The translations under genes and the position numbers were made by a program. From a virus: a stretch of DNA of 64,000 bases. The stretch covers positions 1 through 64,000 of the IMG/VR virus record IMGVR_UViG_3300037245_002806. One strand, given 5' to 3'. The notes below the pieces were generated by a model that saw only the letters and a list, made by a program, of their open reading frames with translations, had not been told where the DNA came from and searched no databases. Positions 1 through 10,025 of this stretch are shown here, piece after piece. Numbering within the stretch: the stretch's first letter is position 1; every line of letters begins with the position of its first letter.

Positions 1-241
1 ATCCGAATCCCGACCCGCTTTCTATATCACTGCCCCCCTTCGTCGGCGCCTTTCTCTGTTTTTCTTTCCCTGGCTTGGCTCCGGCTGTGGTTCTAACCGC
101 GTCCACCAACTCTAACCCCCGCTTGTGGAAATCCCAATGGAATTCGGTGATCCGGTTGGTGCACCGGAAGCAAAAATGATCGTCTTCGCAGTCCTGGCAA
201 TAGCATCGCCCCACCGCCCCGCATGGGAATCTAATCTCCAT
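1..241 (-). CDS. Hypothetical Cys-rich protein, runs off the left edge
   Basis: ATG at 241 overlaps the end of the DUF5131 gene; reads MEIRFPCGAVGRCYCQDC...GGSDIESG with no stop. Confidence 0.6.
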   Translation of the reverse strand, partial: MEIRFPCGAVGRCYCQDCEDDHFCFRCTNRITEFHWDFHKRGLELVDAVRTTAGAKPGKEKQRKAPTKGGSDIESGSGFG

Positions 242-986
242 GTGGGAAGCTCTTTCTTTCCTGGCCGTCGAGCATCGCGCCCGCGGCCTTCTTTCCAACT
301 CTGACCCCTTGGGAATTCCATGCGCCCCACTGTTTAAAGAAAAATGGCACCCCTGCGGCGTTGCATTGATCTCTAAGGCTCCGCACCCAATCGGGGCTCA
401 TCGGTCGCGCCCCTGGCCCGCTTTCCCCACCGACCACCACCCAATCTAGAACCCGTAACGCCTCGGTGGCGTCCACCGGCCCCAGTAACGGCTCGAAAGA
501 AACCCACCTTACCGTAGCCGGCGTTTGGCGCAACCACGGCGCCCGGTAGTCGAGGGTTGGCTGGTCCTCTGCTGAGATGCCTAGCCACGTGTTCGATGGT
601 GCCTCGATATCTTCGAACGCCTTCGCCATACGTTCCGCGCGCTTGGTAAGAATTTGAAAGGTGTGGTGTTTTGCCCTTTCTATACGCACCATTATCGAGC
701 AAAAGAACTGGCTCGGCACCTGCTCATGGAATAAATCGGACATCGAGCACACGAAGATCTTTCGTGGGCGCCGCAAAAGCAACGGCTGTTCTAGGCGCTC
801 GGGGTGTAAAGTAACGTTCCGCTCGGCGTTATTCGCCGTCCACGGGTGGAATTTGTTCCGCCGCCCCGATAGGATTAGGCGTTGATCCATTCGCTCGGCA
901 TAGCAATTTAAGCACCCTGGGCTTACCTTGCTGCACCCGACCACCGGATTCCACACCTCGTCGGTCCACTCTATTTTGGTTCCCAT
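231..986 (-). CDS. Phage Gp37/Gp68 family protein (DUF5131)
   Basis: TKIEWTDEVWNPVVGCSKVSPGCLNCYAE, FVCSMSDLFH, HTFQILTKR, SFEPLLG, DWVVVGGESG, FFKQWG signature motifs. Confidence 0.92.
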   Translation of the reverse strand: MGTKIEWTDEVWNPVVGCSKVSPGCLNCYAERMDQRLILSGRRNKFHPWTANNAERNVTLHPERLEQPLLLRRPRKIFVCSMSDLFHEQVPSQFFCSIMVRIERAKHHTFQILTKRAERMAKAFEDIEAPSNTWLGISAEDQPTLDYRAPWLRQTPATVRWVSFEPLLGPVDATEALRVLDWVVVGGESGPGARPMSPDWVRSLRDQCNAAGVPFFFKQWGAWNSQGVRVGKKAAGAMLDGQERKSFPHGD

Positions 987-993
987 GTGGTTT

Positions 994-1840
994 TTATTCC
1001 GCGTATGGTGGGCCGTTGATTAATTGCGACCGAATAACCGCTACCACTTCTTTGCACACCTTGTCCCGCGCCGGCTTGCTGCTCTTGCATCGCTCGGCCA
1101 TTTCGGTGGTAATCGCAATGTTTACCCCGAGCTTGAGGGTTTCGGTATGCTTCGGCTCGCCGTTCCCCGGCTTCGGTGGCGGTGGCCATTTTTTCGGCGC
1201 CAGGATTTTTCGCAGTTTTTTCATGGCCTTGCCCTCGTTCTCCTCTGCCGGCAAACGCTGCAATCCTGGCCCGGCGGGAAATCGGTACCCTCGCACTCGC
1301 AACGGGTTTCCTCTGAAGGTGGACCTTTTTCGAGTAGCTCGCCTACCAGATCCGCCACATCGGCGCATACCACCGCTCGAACCGCTGGAGACGCCTTGGA
1401 AAGCTCCACCATTCGGTTAGATATTGCGATCGAAACCGTGATCGTTTTCTGGTTTTTGGCTTGGTAGTCCTGGCGCTTTCCGTCTACGCTGTACCCCGAT
1501 ACCGTGATCATTCTTTGCCCCTTCCCGGTTGCTCTAGCTTTTCTTCCGCTCTTTCCGCTCGGGCTCTCCATTGATCCGAAATCGCCACCGCTTTGATGGC
1601 CCGTTCCTGCCACCCGTCGCCCCCGCCGGATTCCGGTGGACGCTTTTCGACCACAACCCGCACCGGCGCGCCCTCTTGGATCATAACCGCTAGATCCTTG
1701 GCTAGCACGGTAAAGGTAACGGCAAACAATTCGCCCACCTTGCCCTCCACCTTGACCCCTCTAACGGGGATCTCCTGGCCGTCCAGCAAAACCCGGCTCG
1801 AATGGACGTGGCCGCCCGGTGCGTATATCTCGACCTTCAT
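994..1840 (-). other. Three small tandem hypothetical phage genes (~994-1224, 1221-1511, 1508-1840)
   Basis: Overlapping ATGA stop/start tiling on the minus strand. Confidence 0.6.
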
Positions 1841-2742
1841 CCCTGGGCCTCATCTTCGGCGTCGGTTGCCTGCTCGAATAGCTTGCGCATCGCCTGGTTG
1901 GCCGTTAGCTCGTGGCCGTAGTGGGATCTCAACCATTCCAGCATTTCGCCCCACTCGATAAACTCCGCCGGCGTCTCGAACCCGAGCACATACCAATCTT
2001 TCCCGACCGGCCCGGCTGAGTACTCGGGATCGGCAACCGCCTTGCTTAGTGCCCCTTGCTCGACAAACCGGATAATCCGGCCCGCCGCGGTTTCCTCGTC
2101 CGGATAGCTCTCTCGAAGTAGCTTTACGAAGTCGTACCACTTCGCTTGTTGCTCCTCATTGTCGAAAATGATCTCGTACCGAATGATCGGCGTGCCTAGC
2201 CCTGGGCTCTTTTTGGGATCGTCTTCGGTGGTCGGTGGCGGTGGCTCGGGCTCGGTCGGTGGCGGTGGCTCCGTCTGCAAAAGGTCCGCGGTGATCCGAT
2301 CCAACGTCTCGGCGTCTATCGCCAAAACGTCGGGGGAAAAGTCGGGCATCTCTTCCATGAGCATTAGGGCTGTTTTGCCTAGCTTCTCTTCGTCTAACAC
2401 GCTCATGTTGGAGATCGTATTATCCCGTACCCGGTAAGCCGCGGCCTCTAACAGGTTTCCCACGAATGGCACTGCCGGCACGTGGGTATAACCGACCACT
2501 TTGGCCGCCCGCAACATCGCATGCCCCTTTTTAAGGGTAAAGCGCCCGTCTCCCGTCGGGAACAATGTAACAGGCTGTAACATGCCGTGATCGGTAAACG
2601 ACTCTGTGATAGCTTGGATCTGCTCTGGGCTGTGGGTGTTCTCGTTTTCTGGATCCTCGTCGATCAACTGCACATCCACTAAGAGCTTTTCGAGACCCGG
2701 CGCACAACTAAAAATCCGCTCTTCAGCTTTCTTCTTTGGCAT
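1837..2742 (-). CDS. ParB/Srx-like N-terminal domain protein with Pro-rich linker and duplicated C-terminal domain
   Basis: DPENENTHSPEQIQAITESFTDHGMLQPV...KGHAMLRAAK...YRVRDN matches the ParB-N pattern. Confidence 0.75.
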   Translation of the reverse strand: MPKKKAEERIFSCAPGLEKLLVDVQLIDEDPENENTHSPEQIQAITESFTDHGMLQPVTLFPTGDGRFTLKKGHAMLRAAKVVGYTHVPAVPFVGNLLEAAAYRVRDNTISNMSVLDEEKLGKTALMLMEEMPDFSPDVLAIDAETLDRITADLLQTEPPPPTEPEPPPPTTEDDPKKSPGLGTPIIRYEIIFDNEEQQAKWYDFVKLLRESYPDEETAAGRIIRFVEQGALSKAVADPEYSAGPVGKDWYVLGFETPAEFIEWGEMLEWLRSHYGHELTANQAMRKLFEQATDAEDEAQG

Positions 2743-4818
2743 TTTTCTTCCCTTTATATTGTTCTTTTAAATAGGCTGTTAGCTTGGTAAAACCCTCGGC
2801 CTCTTCCTGGCCCGAAAAGCCCCGGAAAGAAACCCTAGCCGGATAGGCTTCTGTTACTTCGCCGCCGTCGTCTTCAACAATGAGCACGATAGCCCAACCG
2901 AATAAGTGCAACCCTCGATTAACCCACCACAAAAGCCCGGTTTGGCGGAATTCTCCCCACGTCGCCCGTTTGATCATTGGCTTGCCCCTTCCCGCCCGGT
3001 GCCCTCGCAATAAGGGCATTCCTTCCCCTCACATTCGACGGCATCGGAATCCTTACCCCGGATCGTGGCCCCGCTGTAGCCTGGTTCCCACGGCGACGGC
3101 TCCCCAGGTAAAGTGCAAAACCTCCACACCGGCCCGGATTCTGCCCACGGTTTTGGGTTTGGCCTTGGCTCGGCTTCGAACGCCGCGATCCTCCACCATG
3201 GGATCCCGTGCTCTCCCCCGGTCTCGGCATCTTCCCAAGTCAGGGCCCCCACGGTGCAATTGTGGAATTTGGCGAGCACCTCGAACCTGGTAAACTTCCG
3301 CTCGGTTTCGCCGGTCTCGTCGCTTACAACCTCGTATTGTTGGTCCCAGAGGGAAATGAGTATCTTATACGACCCGGCGGGTGGGGCAGTCGGCTCGGGA
3401 TTGCTCTCGGGCTCGTCGCCCCGCGCCGCCGGGTGTCCCTCGTCAGACTCTTTCCAGTCCTGTGGCCGTGCTCGCATCTTGATCTTTTCTTCGGCCATTC
3501 TATCGCCCTTCTGTTAGATATGTCCAGAGCCCCGCCGCCAGGACACCCGCTATCCACGGGTTGACATTGTAGGCGATATCGAGCACCGCCAGAATTACCA
3601 GAGAAATAACAAAAACGCCGATACGCTCCGCCCATGCAATTCGGAAGCGCCAATATCTCACGCCGCCCCCCTTCGGTTTAGATCGACCGCAAGGCGATCC
3701 AAGGCTTTCCGGGCTTGCTTGATCCTCTGGCGGGCAATGGAAATCCGCTTGCCATTAAGGAACTTGCCTCGCTCGTCTCGTCCTTCCATGTCCAAGGTCT
3801 CGACAACCGCGCCGGCATCGTGGAGAAGGTTGGAGCACTTGATCACCGATTTTCTGGCGATCTGCTCGTCGGTGGGGTTTTGGTATTCGAAATTCGGTTT
3901 AGGTGGGCTCTTTTCGTCGCTTAGCTGCTCCGGCTCCTCCGACGGCTTCGAATAGTTTCGAAATTCGAAATTCTCCTCCGGTGGAGTAGGCGCCGGCCCC
4001 GGAGACCGGGGTTGCTCCGGCGCCTTCATGCTACTCCCCGATGGCTTCGAATAGTCGCCCGCATTTGCAACGCACTTGCCCGTGAATCTCGATTGTTTGT
4101 CCAACGGAAGCACATACCGGACAAGGAACGAACCGCGCGGGATCTGGCTCTTCGCACTTCGGTGGTGTCAACATAACCGGCCCCCTCGTTTTGTCTGTCT
4201 GCTGTGTGCACATCGCGCATATAAGGTACCCCTCTTTTATGTCGGAATCAAGCTAAAACTTACGGTTTTCGCAAAATGTCCACTTTCCACCCTTTCTGGT
4301 GGCAATATCTAATAACGTCTATACGTTTCCACCCGAGCATCCAACGCAAAATCGGTGCCGTCGTGGTGGTTTGGCCTTTCTCTGTTTTGGCTCGCACCAC
4401 GATCCCATCTACCGTAACGAGCGCCGCCGTAAAATGTGGCGCCTCGATTCGGATTACCTCGGTGGACACTCGATCACCTCTCGTATCACCGCCCCAGTCC
4501 TGGGATCTATTCTCTTTACTGGCCCGTGCTCGCCCTCGTTCCTCCATGCCCAATTGCGATACCTGGCCTTTCGGAATCCACTAAGGCCGCCCATCGCCTC
4601 TCTTTTTCTCCTCGCCCGGTGGTTGGCTTGGTTGGATCGCCGCTTATTCATTCGTGGCCGCACTTCTCCGGCGCTCGACCGGCCCACCGCATAACCTGGC
4701 ACCGCCGGCATAGTTTTCGCTTCGGCTTTGGCCGGCGCCGGCCCCGTAAGAATTCGACGAAATCCCAAAACCGCACCAAAAGGCTAACCGGTACTTTCAC
4801 TGGTCCGGCTCCTGCCAT
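2723..4818 (-). other. Cluster of small hypothetical genes (~2723-2977, 2974-3498, 3658-4029, 4031-4213, 4260-4469, 4454-4651, 4648-4818)
   Basis: Tiled minus-strand ORFs, several with CxxC pairs. Confidence 0.5.
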
Positions 4819-5387
4819 GGGATCGTGTCGCCATTTAACTGCCGAATAAGGCGCTCTCTGCACATCGTTCGCTCGAAGCTCGTCCACTCCCGCGCCACGC
4901 CCCGCCAGAATTCGCCGTATCTATTCGGGATCACACCCTCGATCCTTACCGACCCGTCGGGCTCGATACATATCTCCCCACCGCCGTCGGTACTTATCTG
5001 CAAAAGGGCGCAAGTATAGGAAAGCTCCTCGGGCTCGTCTGCGGTAAACGTCCATTGGCCGGGTTGCCCGAGAAACGCCCCAGGTATGCTTTTCTCGCTC
5101 GCCGTGAACCGCCAGGATTCGGTAAACGGTATCGGCTCCCCTTGGTCGGTACCATCCTCGACCCGTTGCCATTCGCCCGCGTCGGTCTGGTACCATCCGT
5201 CGTTTGGCCCGTTGTAAAGCCCCGGCCCAAAATGTATGTTCCCCGGCACCAACTCGGGCTCGAATTTAAGGTGCTCGGGCTCGTTCGCTTGCTCGGCATC
5301 TTTCTCGGCAAAGTAAACCACCACGCTGGCCGCCGCGATAACCGAAAAAAACAGAACCCATAAGCCCCAAAATATCTCTTTTCTCAT
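4797..5387 (-). CDS. Membrane-anchored hypothetical protein
   Basis: Likely start MRKEIFWG after a GGAGG Shine-Dalgarno; N-terminal hydrophobic helix. Confidence 0.65.
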   Translation of the reverse strand: MRKEIFWGLWVLFFSVIAAASVVVYFAEKDAEQANEPEHLKFEPELVPGNIHFGPGLYNGPNDGWYQTDAGEWQRVEDGTDQGEPIPFTESWRFTASEKSIPGAFLGQPGQWTFTADEPEELSYTCALLQISTDGGGEICIEPDGSVRIEGVIPNRYGEFWRGVAREWTSFERTMCRERLIRQLNGDTIPWQEPDQ

Positions 5388-5421
5388 AGCGCCTCCCTCT
5401 CTTGGCATAGTCCTTGCATGG

Positions 5422-5883
5422 CTAGTAACATTCCGGCTTTGCCCCCACCTCGCACCCCGGATGGCCAAAGCACCTCGCCAAGGTTGGATGACCCATAGCG
5501 AAAAGTAGTGCATGGCCGGCCTCGTGCCTTACTGCATGTTTGGCCGCCTTGGAATAATGGATCGTTCTCGGCTTTGAGAAATGCCCCCACACGTAGCCGA
5601 GACCCGAAACCCGGTAAACGTCGGTGTAGGTGATCCCCCCGAGGGTGACTGTAACGGGCTCGTGGCCGACGAATCGGTAAGCTGTGGCGTTGTAGTGCAC
5701 CACGCTCGGGAACTCCTCGACCAAGTAGCATTGTGCAATCGCCCACTCTTCCAAGATCCACGGCGCCGGCGTCGGCGTTGGCCCGAGACCACTGCACCCT
5801 AAAAGCCCGCCCGCGGCCAACAAAAGCGCAACCAAAGCGACCACGTTTAAGGCGATCCAGAGAACATAAGCCCCGCCCTTCAT
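5422..5883 (-). CDS. Putative lipoprotein with HExxH zinc-metallopeptidase motif
   Basis: Hydrophobic signal ending LLGC (lipobox-like); VRHEAGHALL. Confidence 0.6.
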   Translation of the reverse strand: MKGGAYVLWIALNVVALVALLLAAGGLLGCSGLGPTPTPAPWILEEWAIAQCYLVEEFPSVVHYNATAYRFVGHEPVTVTLGGITYTDVYRVSGLGYVWGHFSKPRTIHYSKAAKHAVRHEAGHALLFAMGHPTLARCFGHPGCEVGAKPECY

Positions 5884-5983
5884 CCTAAGCTCCCGCCCGC
5901 GGCCAGCAAAAGGAAAAGCATACAGAGCACCATGGCCAACCACACGAAAAACGGTACGCACCTAAGCTCCAACGGTAACCTGC

Positions 5984-6268
5984 TCATCCCATCGACTCTC
6001 TTTCGACGTCGGAATCCGCCGGCTTATCGAACCTAGCCCGCAACGCTTGATCGAATATTGTGCATATATCGTTCTCGGTATCGGCTCGGGTAATGATATC
6101 CCTGGCAAGTGCCTTGGAAACCACAAGCTCGGCCCGAATTCGATAGGCTACGCTCTGGAAAGCCGAGCCTTCGCTTTTGTCCATCGCCACGATGACCTTG
6201 GCTCTCGATAGCTCCCTCGCTCTCGTTTCCCTCCGCTCGCAGTCGCACCCCTCGCAATGTCGCTCCAT
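5984..6268 (-). CDS. Hypothetical protein
   Basis: Start MERHCEGC after a G-rich Shine-Dalgarno. Confidence 0.55.
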   Translation of the reverse strand: MERHCEGCDCERRETRARELSRAKVIVAMDKSEGSAFQSVAYRIRAELVVSKALARDIITRADTENDICTIFDQALRARFDKPADSDVERESMG

Positions 6269-6470
6269 GGAACCCCCCTTTAAATTGCCGATTTTAGGAT
6301 CTCGACAAGCTGTCGCGCCACCCTTGCGGCGCTGTGGCGTAAGTCTTCGTTTACCTCTCGAAGTCGCCGGATCTCTCTGCACAGTTTTAGCCGGTCTTCT
6401 TTACTGTTCATCTCGTGGCTTTGGAACTGTAGCCGGCCCAACTCCTCGTCGTGTAATGGTTCTTGCATCT

Positions 6471-6704
6471 CTACCCCGCTAGAAAATTCGCGCAGATGTA
6501 TTCGAGCGCCAACCCTTCGGGCATCCCCTTCTCGCCCTCGTCCTCTCGGATTTTTCGGATCGCCGCGATGACTGTTTCGTACTGTTCTTCGGTACACCAC
6601 ACCGTTCGGCCCACCCCGGTGTTGGGCATCTGGCCCCGGCCCCGAGCCCGCTGAAAGCTCGACCGGGTGTTGGCTTTGATCTTTTCGAGCATCGGGTTTG
6701 CCAT
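6471..6704 (-). CDS. Hypothetical protein
   Basis: MANPMLEK... ORF tiled with neighbours. Confidence 0.55.
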   Translation of the reverse strand: MANPMLEKIKANTRSSFQRARGRGQMPNTGVGRTVWCTEEQYETVIAAIRKIREDEGEKGMPEGLALEYICANFLAG

Positions 6705-6942
6705 TATTCCATGTCCATGGCTGGCGCCACCCGACCATAAAAGCCCCGAACCCTCATGCACTTATTCCCACACCACCCGGCAACCCTTTTTCGTAGCTGG
6801 CCGGTATCGTTCCAAAGCACATGCCCCGACCAATAACGCGCCGGCTTGTAGCACCTTACGCACCGGTTGGTTGCGTTGCGGGGTTTCTCGGAAGTCCGGA
6901 TCTCCCCTTGTAGAACCATTTTTCTTTCCCACTCGGCATCGG

Positions 6943-7572
6943 TCATTCTTGGCCCCCGCACTCTCCATCGTGGCCTTTGACCTTTTCGCATTGGTCCGAT
7001 CGGCAACCGATTAGACGGCTTGGCGTTGGGCAGTAATTGCCGGTGCAACGGTCTTCCGGCGCCGGCTTGTCGTCCGCCAACTTGGTAGCGGGTACCACGT
7101 GGCCGCCCGGTGTCCTGGTGATGCACTTGCCCTCGTGGCCTTTTTTTAGCTGGCAACGCTGCTCGTAATCTTCGTCGGTAAGCGGCAACCCGGAATATCT
7201 AAACTCGCATTGGTTGGTAAGGTTAACCGTCTCTTCCGGCGCCGGCTTCTCTTTCCAGTCGAGCGCCGTATTGTATTGCACCCCCACGGCACTCATGATC
7301 TTACATGCCCCGAGGTGCCCGTATTCCCGCTGGCACCGATACTCCACCCCGTTGTATGCCCTTTTTATATAGCACTGGTTCTCGGGGTCAACCGGCTTGG
7401 CCGGCACGGTAAACCCGTGATCTTTGCCGACTAGGCCGGTTTCTATATACCTGGCGAACTTACCCGCCCGGTACATGGTTTCTTCGGGGTGTTCGTCCCC
7501 TGCCACTTGCACCGCCGCGGAAAGCGCCGCGATACGAACCAAGCGATCCTGCATCTCGTCTTCGCTTACCAT
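6943..7572 (-). CDS. Hypothetical protein with three C-x5-H-x-G-x-C putative Zn-finger repeats
   Basis: CQREYGHLGAC, CQLKKGHEGKC, CEKVKGHDGEC. Confidence 0.7.
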   Translation of the reverse strand: MVSEDEMQDRLVRIAALSAAVQVAGDEHPEETMYRAGKFARYIETGLVGKDHGFTVPAKPVDPENQCYIKRAYNGVEYRCQREYGHLGACKIMSAVGVQYNTALDWKEKPAPEETVNLTNQCEFRYSGLPLTDEDYEQRCQLKKGHEGKCITRTPGGHVVPATKLADDKPAPEDRCTGNYCPTPSRLIGCRSDQCEKVKGHDGECGGQE

Positions 7573-8213
7573 GGTGGGCACTCCCCCTCGTGCGCCAATT
7601 GGCAACGGCACGCATGTTTCGACAATCCAAGGTCAACCGGCCCGCCGGCCTCGACCGCCTCTTTTACGTCTTCGGCCCGCATGGGCTGCAAGATCGAGCA
7701 CTCGCCGGGGTGGCCCTTTCGTAGCCGGCACCATAGGTCGATATTCGGAGAAATCCGCTTGGCGCATTCGTTCGGATCGTTGGCTCGGTAGGCAAAGCAC
7801 GGCCCCTCGTGGCCTTTCGGTTTCTGGCACCGGTACACCGCCGTTTCTCTTACCTTTCGCCCTTGGCACATGGCCACGTCGCCCGGTTTCGGCCCCATGG
7901 CGTTTTTCTTCCAATCCCGTTGCATTACGGTTTCCCAAGTCTTCTCGACCGCCGCGGAAAGAGATATCCCCTCCCGCTCGCAGTAGTCCGCCAGGTAGAT
8001 CACGATATCCCCGATGGCGTCCACCTTCATGGCTTGGATCTCTTCCGGGCTGTGTCGGATCCCCTGCTCGCCCTTGAGGTGTGCGTGGTCTAGCTCTCCC
8101 ACCTCTTCCCCCACCCCTAAAAGCGGGCGATAGGACGGCTGGTCCCCGAAATTCCGCCTCGACCACTCACCGACCAACCCTTGCAACTCTTCTAGAAATC
8201 GTCTGCCCTGCAT
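7566..8213 (-). CDS. MazG-like NTP pyrophosphohydrolase fused to C-terminal Zn-finger repeats
   Basis: LGVGEEVGEL...DAIGDIVIYLADYC (EExxE...D-x2-GD MazG-like fold); tail CQKPKGHEGPC, CRLRKGHPGEC. Confidence 0.8.
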   Translation of the reverse strand: MQGRRFLEELQGLVGEWSRRNFGDQPSYRPLLGVGEEVGELDHAHLKGEQGIRHSPEEIQAMKVDAIGDIVIYLADYCEREGISLSAAVEKTWETVMQRDWKKNAMGPKPGDVAMCQGRKVRETAVYRCQKPKGHEGPCFAYRANDPNECAKRISPNIDLWCRLRKGHPGECSILQPMRAEDVKEAVEAGGPVDLGLSKHACRCQLAHEGECPPW

Positions 8214-8439
8214 AATTCTCTAAGCCCTTTCATGCAACCCATGGCGCCGCAATGGTACCTCTTCCACCCCTGCTCGCTTGGGAGATAAAACGCCCCTGTT
8301 ATGGAAATCCCGCACCATTCACAGACAAACCCGACCGGATTAATAGGGTTGCCGCGCTCGTCGGCTTGTGGTACCCGGCGTATGCCTTGGCCGGCTGGCC
8401 CTCGCCCGCCGGCTTTGGCATCGTCCTTGTCGTAAACGC

Positions 8440-8862
8440 TCACGCCCGAAACGCCACGGCCCGGAAGGTCTCTCTCGCCGCGGTGGCCCGGAAACGCTTC
8501 TGCTGTGCCATGTCCATCTCGGCCACGGCCTCTCGGAGAAGTCGCGTCCGCTCTTCCACCACGGCCATGGCGTCGGCCACTACCCGATCGGTTTCGTCTA
8601 TTCGTCGGTTGAGTATTTCGAGTTGGTTCGAAGTGTATTCGCCGGCCTCGTTGTTCCGGCGGGCAACGTCTTCGAGCACCCTTACATGATCCATGGGCGG
8701 GGGAACCTCTTCGCATTCGTTTTGGGTAACGGTTGGCCCGGTGGGATCCGGTTCGATCGGGCTTGGCCCTTTGACCGCTGGCCCTCGCATCCTGTGGATC
8801 TTCCCTTTGATCCCTGGTCCTTTGTGGGGTTTGCCTATGATCTTCTTTCTTACTGCTCTCAT
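8440..8862 (-). CDS. Hypothetical coiled-coil protein
   Basis: ORF with GGAGGAAGG Shine-Dalgarno. Confidence 0.55.
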   Translation of the reverse strand: MRAVRKKIIGKPHKGPGIKGKIHRMRGPAVKGPSPIEPDPTGPTVTQNECEEVPPPMDHVRVLEDVARRNNEAGEYTSNQLEILNRRIDETDRVVADAMAVVEERTRLLREAVAEMDMAQQKRFRATAARETFRAVAFRA

Positions 8863-8953
8863 GCCTTCCTCCCGAATTTGGTTATGGGGGGGAGCGGTAC
8901 AGAACCCAGAAACCGCCCCCCGCCCCGGTGGCGGGATACCCCGCCCCGTTTAG

Positions 8954-9319
8954 CTAACCCTCCACCGCTGTCGGGAAGGCGATCGCCTCTTGGCGCTCCT
9001 CTTCCGTCAAGGTCTCGGTGGATACCGTCTCTCCGGTATCGTTCCGGAAAGTCTCGACCACTCCCCGATCGAAATTCTTCTCGACCCGGCACTCCACGTC
9101 GCGATCCTCCGCCTTGGCCCGGACAATGGAAGCGAGGTGTCCCGTTTCCTCTGACAGGATTTCGAGTTGGTCCCGATAATCCTTCGCCCGGTCTTTGGCC
9201 TCGGTCTTTAACGCTTCCGCCTGGCCGATAAGCTCCGCCAGCTTTTCGCCTTTCTCTCGTAGCTCGTCCTTTGTTAGCTTAACCGGCAGGATTTTTACAA
9301 TGTCCATGCTTTGCTCCAT
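8954..9319 (-). CDS. Hypothetical phage protein
   Basis: AAGGGG Shine-Dalgarno; coiled-coil followed by FRNDTGETV beta segment. Confidence 0.7.
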   Translation of the reverse strand: MEQSMDIVKILPVKLTKDELREKGEKLAELIGQAEALKTEAKDRAKDYRDQLEILSEETGHLASIVRAKAEDRDVECRVEKNFDRGVVETFRNDTGETVSTETLTEEERQEAIAFPTAVEG

Positions 9320-9345
9320 GTTTTGCCCCTTTTATGCTACCTTCT

Positions 9346-9374
9346 AAAGATAGCATTTCTAACGCATGTTGTCT
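9346..9374 (-). promoter_or_regulatory. Putative sigma70-type promoter
   Basis: Minus strand TAGACA-17 bp-TATCTT (TG just upstream of the -10) in an AT-rich intergenic gap. Confidence 0.5.
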
Positions 9375-9380
9375 ATCTTT

Positions 9381-9995
9381 TTATTCGGTTTCGGGAACCT
9401 CTCTCAACCCACCTTCTTTCGGGTTGCCCTCGGGCTCGCCTTCGACCACCGTTCCCGGCGCGTCGATTTCCTCTGTGGTCCCCGCCGGCACCTCGGCGTC
9501 GATAACAGAAAGCGCGGGTACCTCGTCGGGTGGCTCGGCGCCTTTGAAACACCCGTCTTCCCCGATGTACCCCTCGGTCACGGGCTCGCCGGCCTCGTCG
9601 ATCCCTTGCAAGGCGATCTCTTTGATCTCACCCGGCGCCAAGTCGCCGATATGCACCGTTTCCCCCGGTCGCGCCACGAACCCGCCGGGTGGAAGCTCGC
9701 CGGGCACGCTTTCTATATCACTGCCCGCCCCGACGGCTTGGGTTTTGGGCTTGGCCTCTTTTTGTAGCCACGCCCCGAGATAGTCGGGTAATTCGTCGGC
9801 CACCATGTACCCGAGAAACGCCCGCATTGCCTCGACCTTCGCTTGGGCGCATTGGTGCACATCGGTGGCTTTGTACTTCCACGGCAGACTGACCACCCCG
9901 GCCATGTTCTCGACCGCGGTTTGCCATGCCTCCGCTTCGGCATACTCGGTCTGGCTCGTGTCTTCGAGATTAATTTTAAACTCCATCGCCTTCAC
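9381..9995 (-). CDS. Hypothetical protein with acidic C-terminus
   Basis: 204-aa ORF tiled with neighbours. Confidence 0.65.
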   Translation of the reverse strand: MKAMEFKINLEDTSQTEYAEAEAWQTAVENMAGVVSLPWKYKATDVHQCAQAKVEAMRAFLGYMVADELPDYLGAWLQKEAKPKTQAVGAGSDIESVPGELPPGGFVARPGETVHIGDLAPGEIKEIALQGIDEAGEPVTEGYIGEDGCFKGAEPPDEVPALSVIDAEVPAGTTEEIDAPGTVVEGEPEGNPKEGGLREVPETE

Positions 9996-10025
9996 TCCTT
10001 TGATTTGGGTATCTTAACCCGGTTT

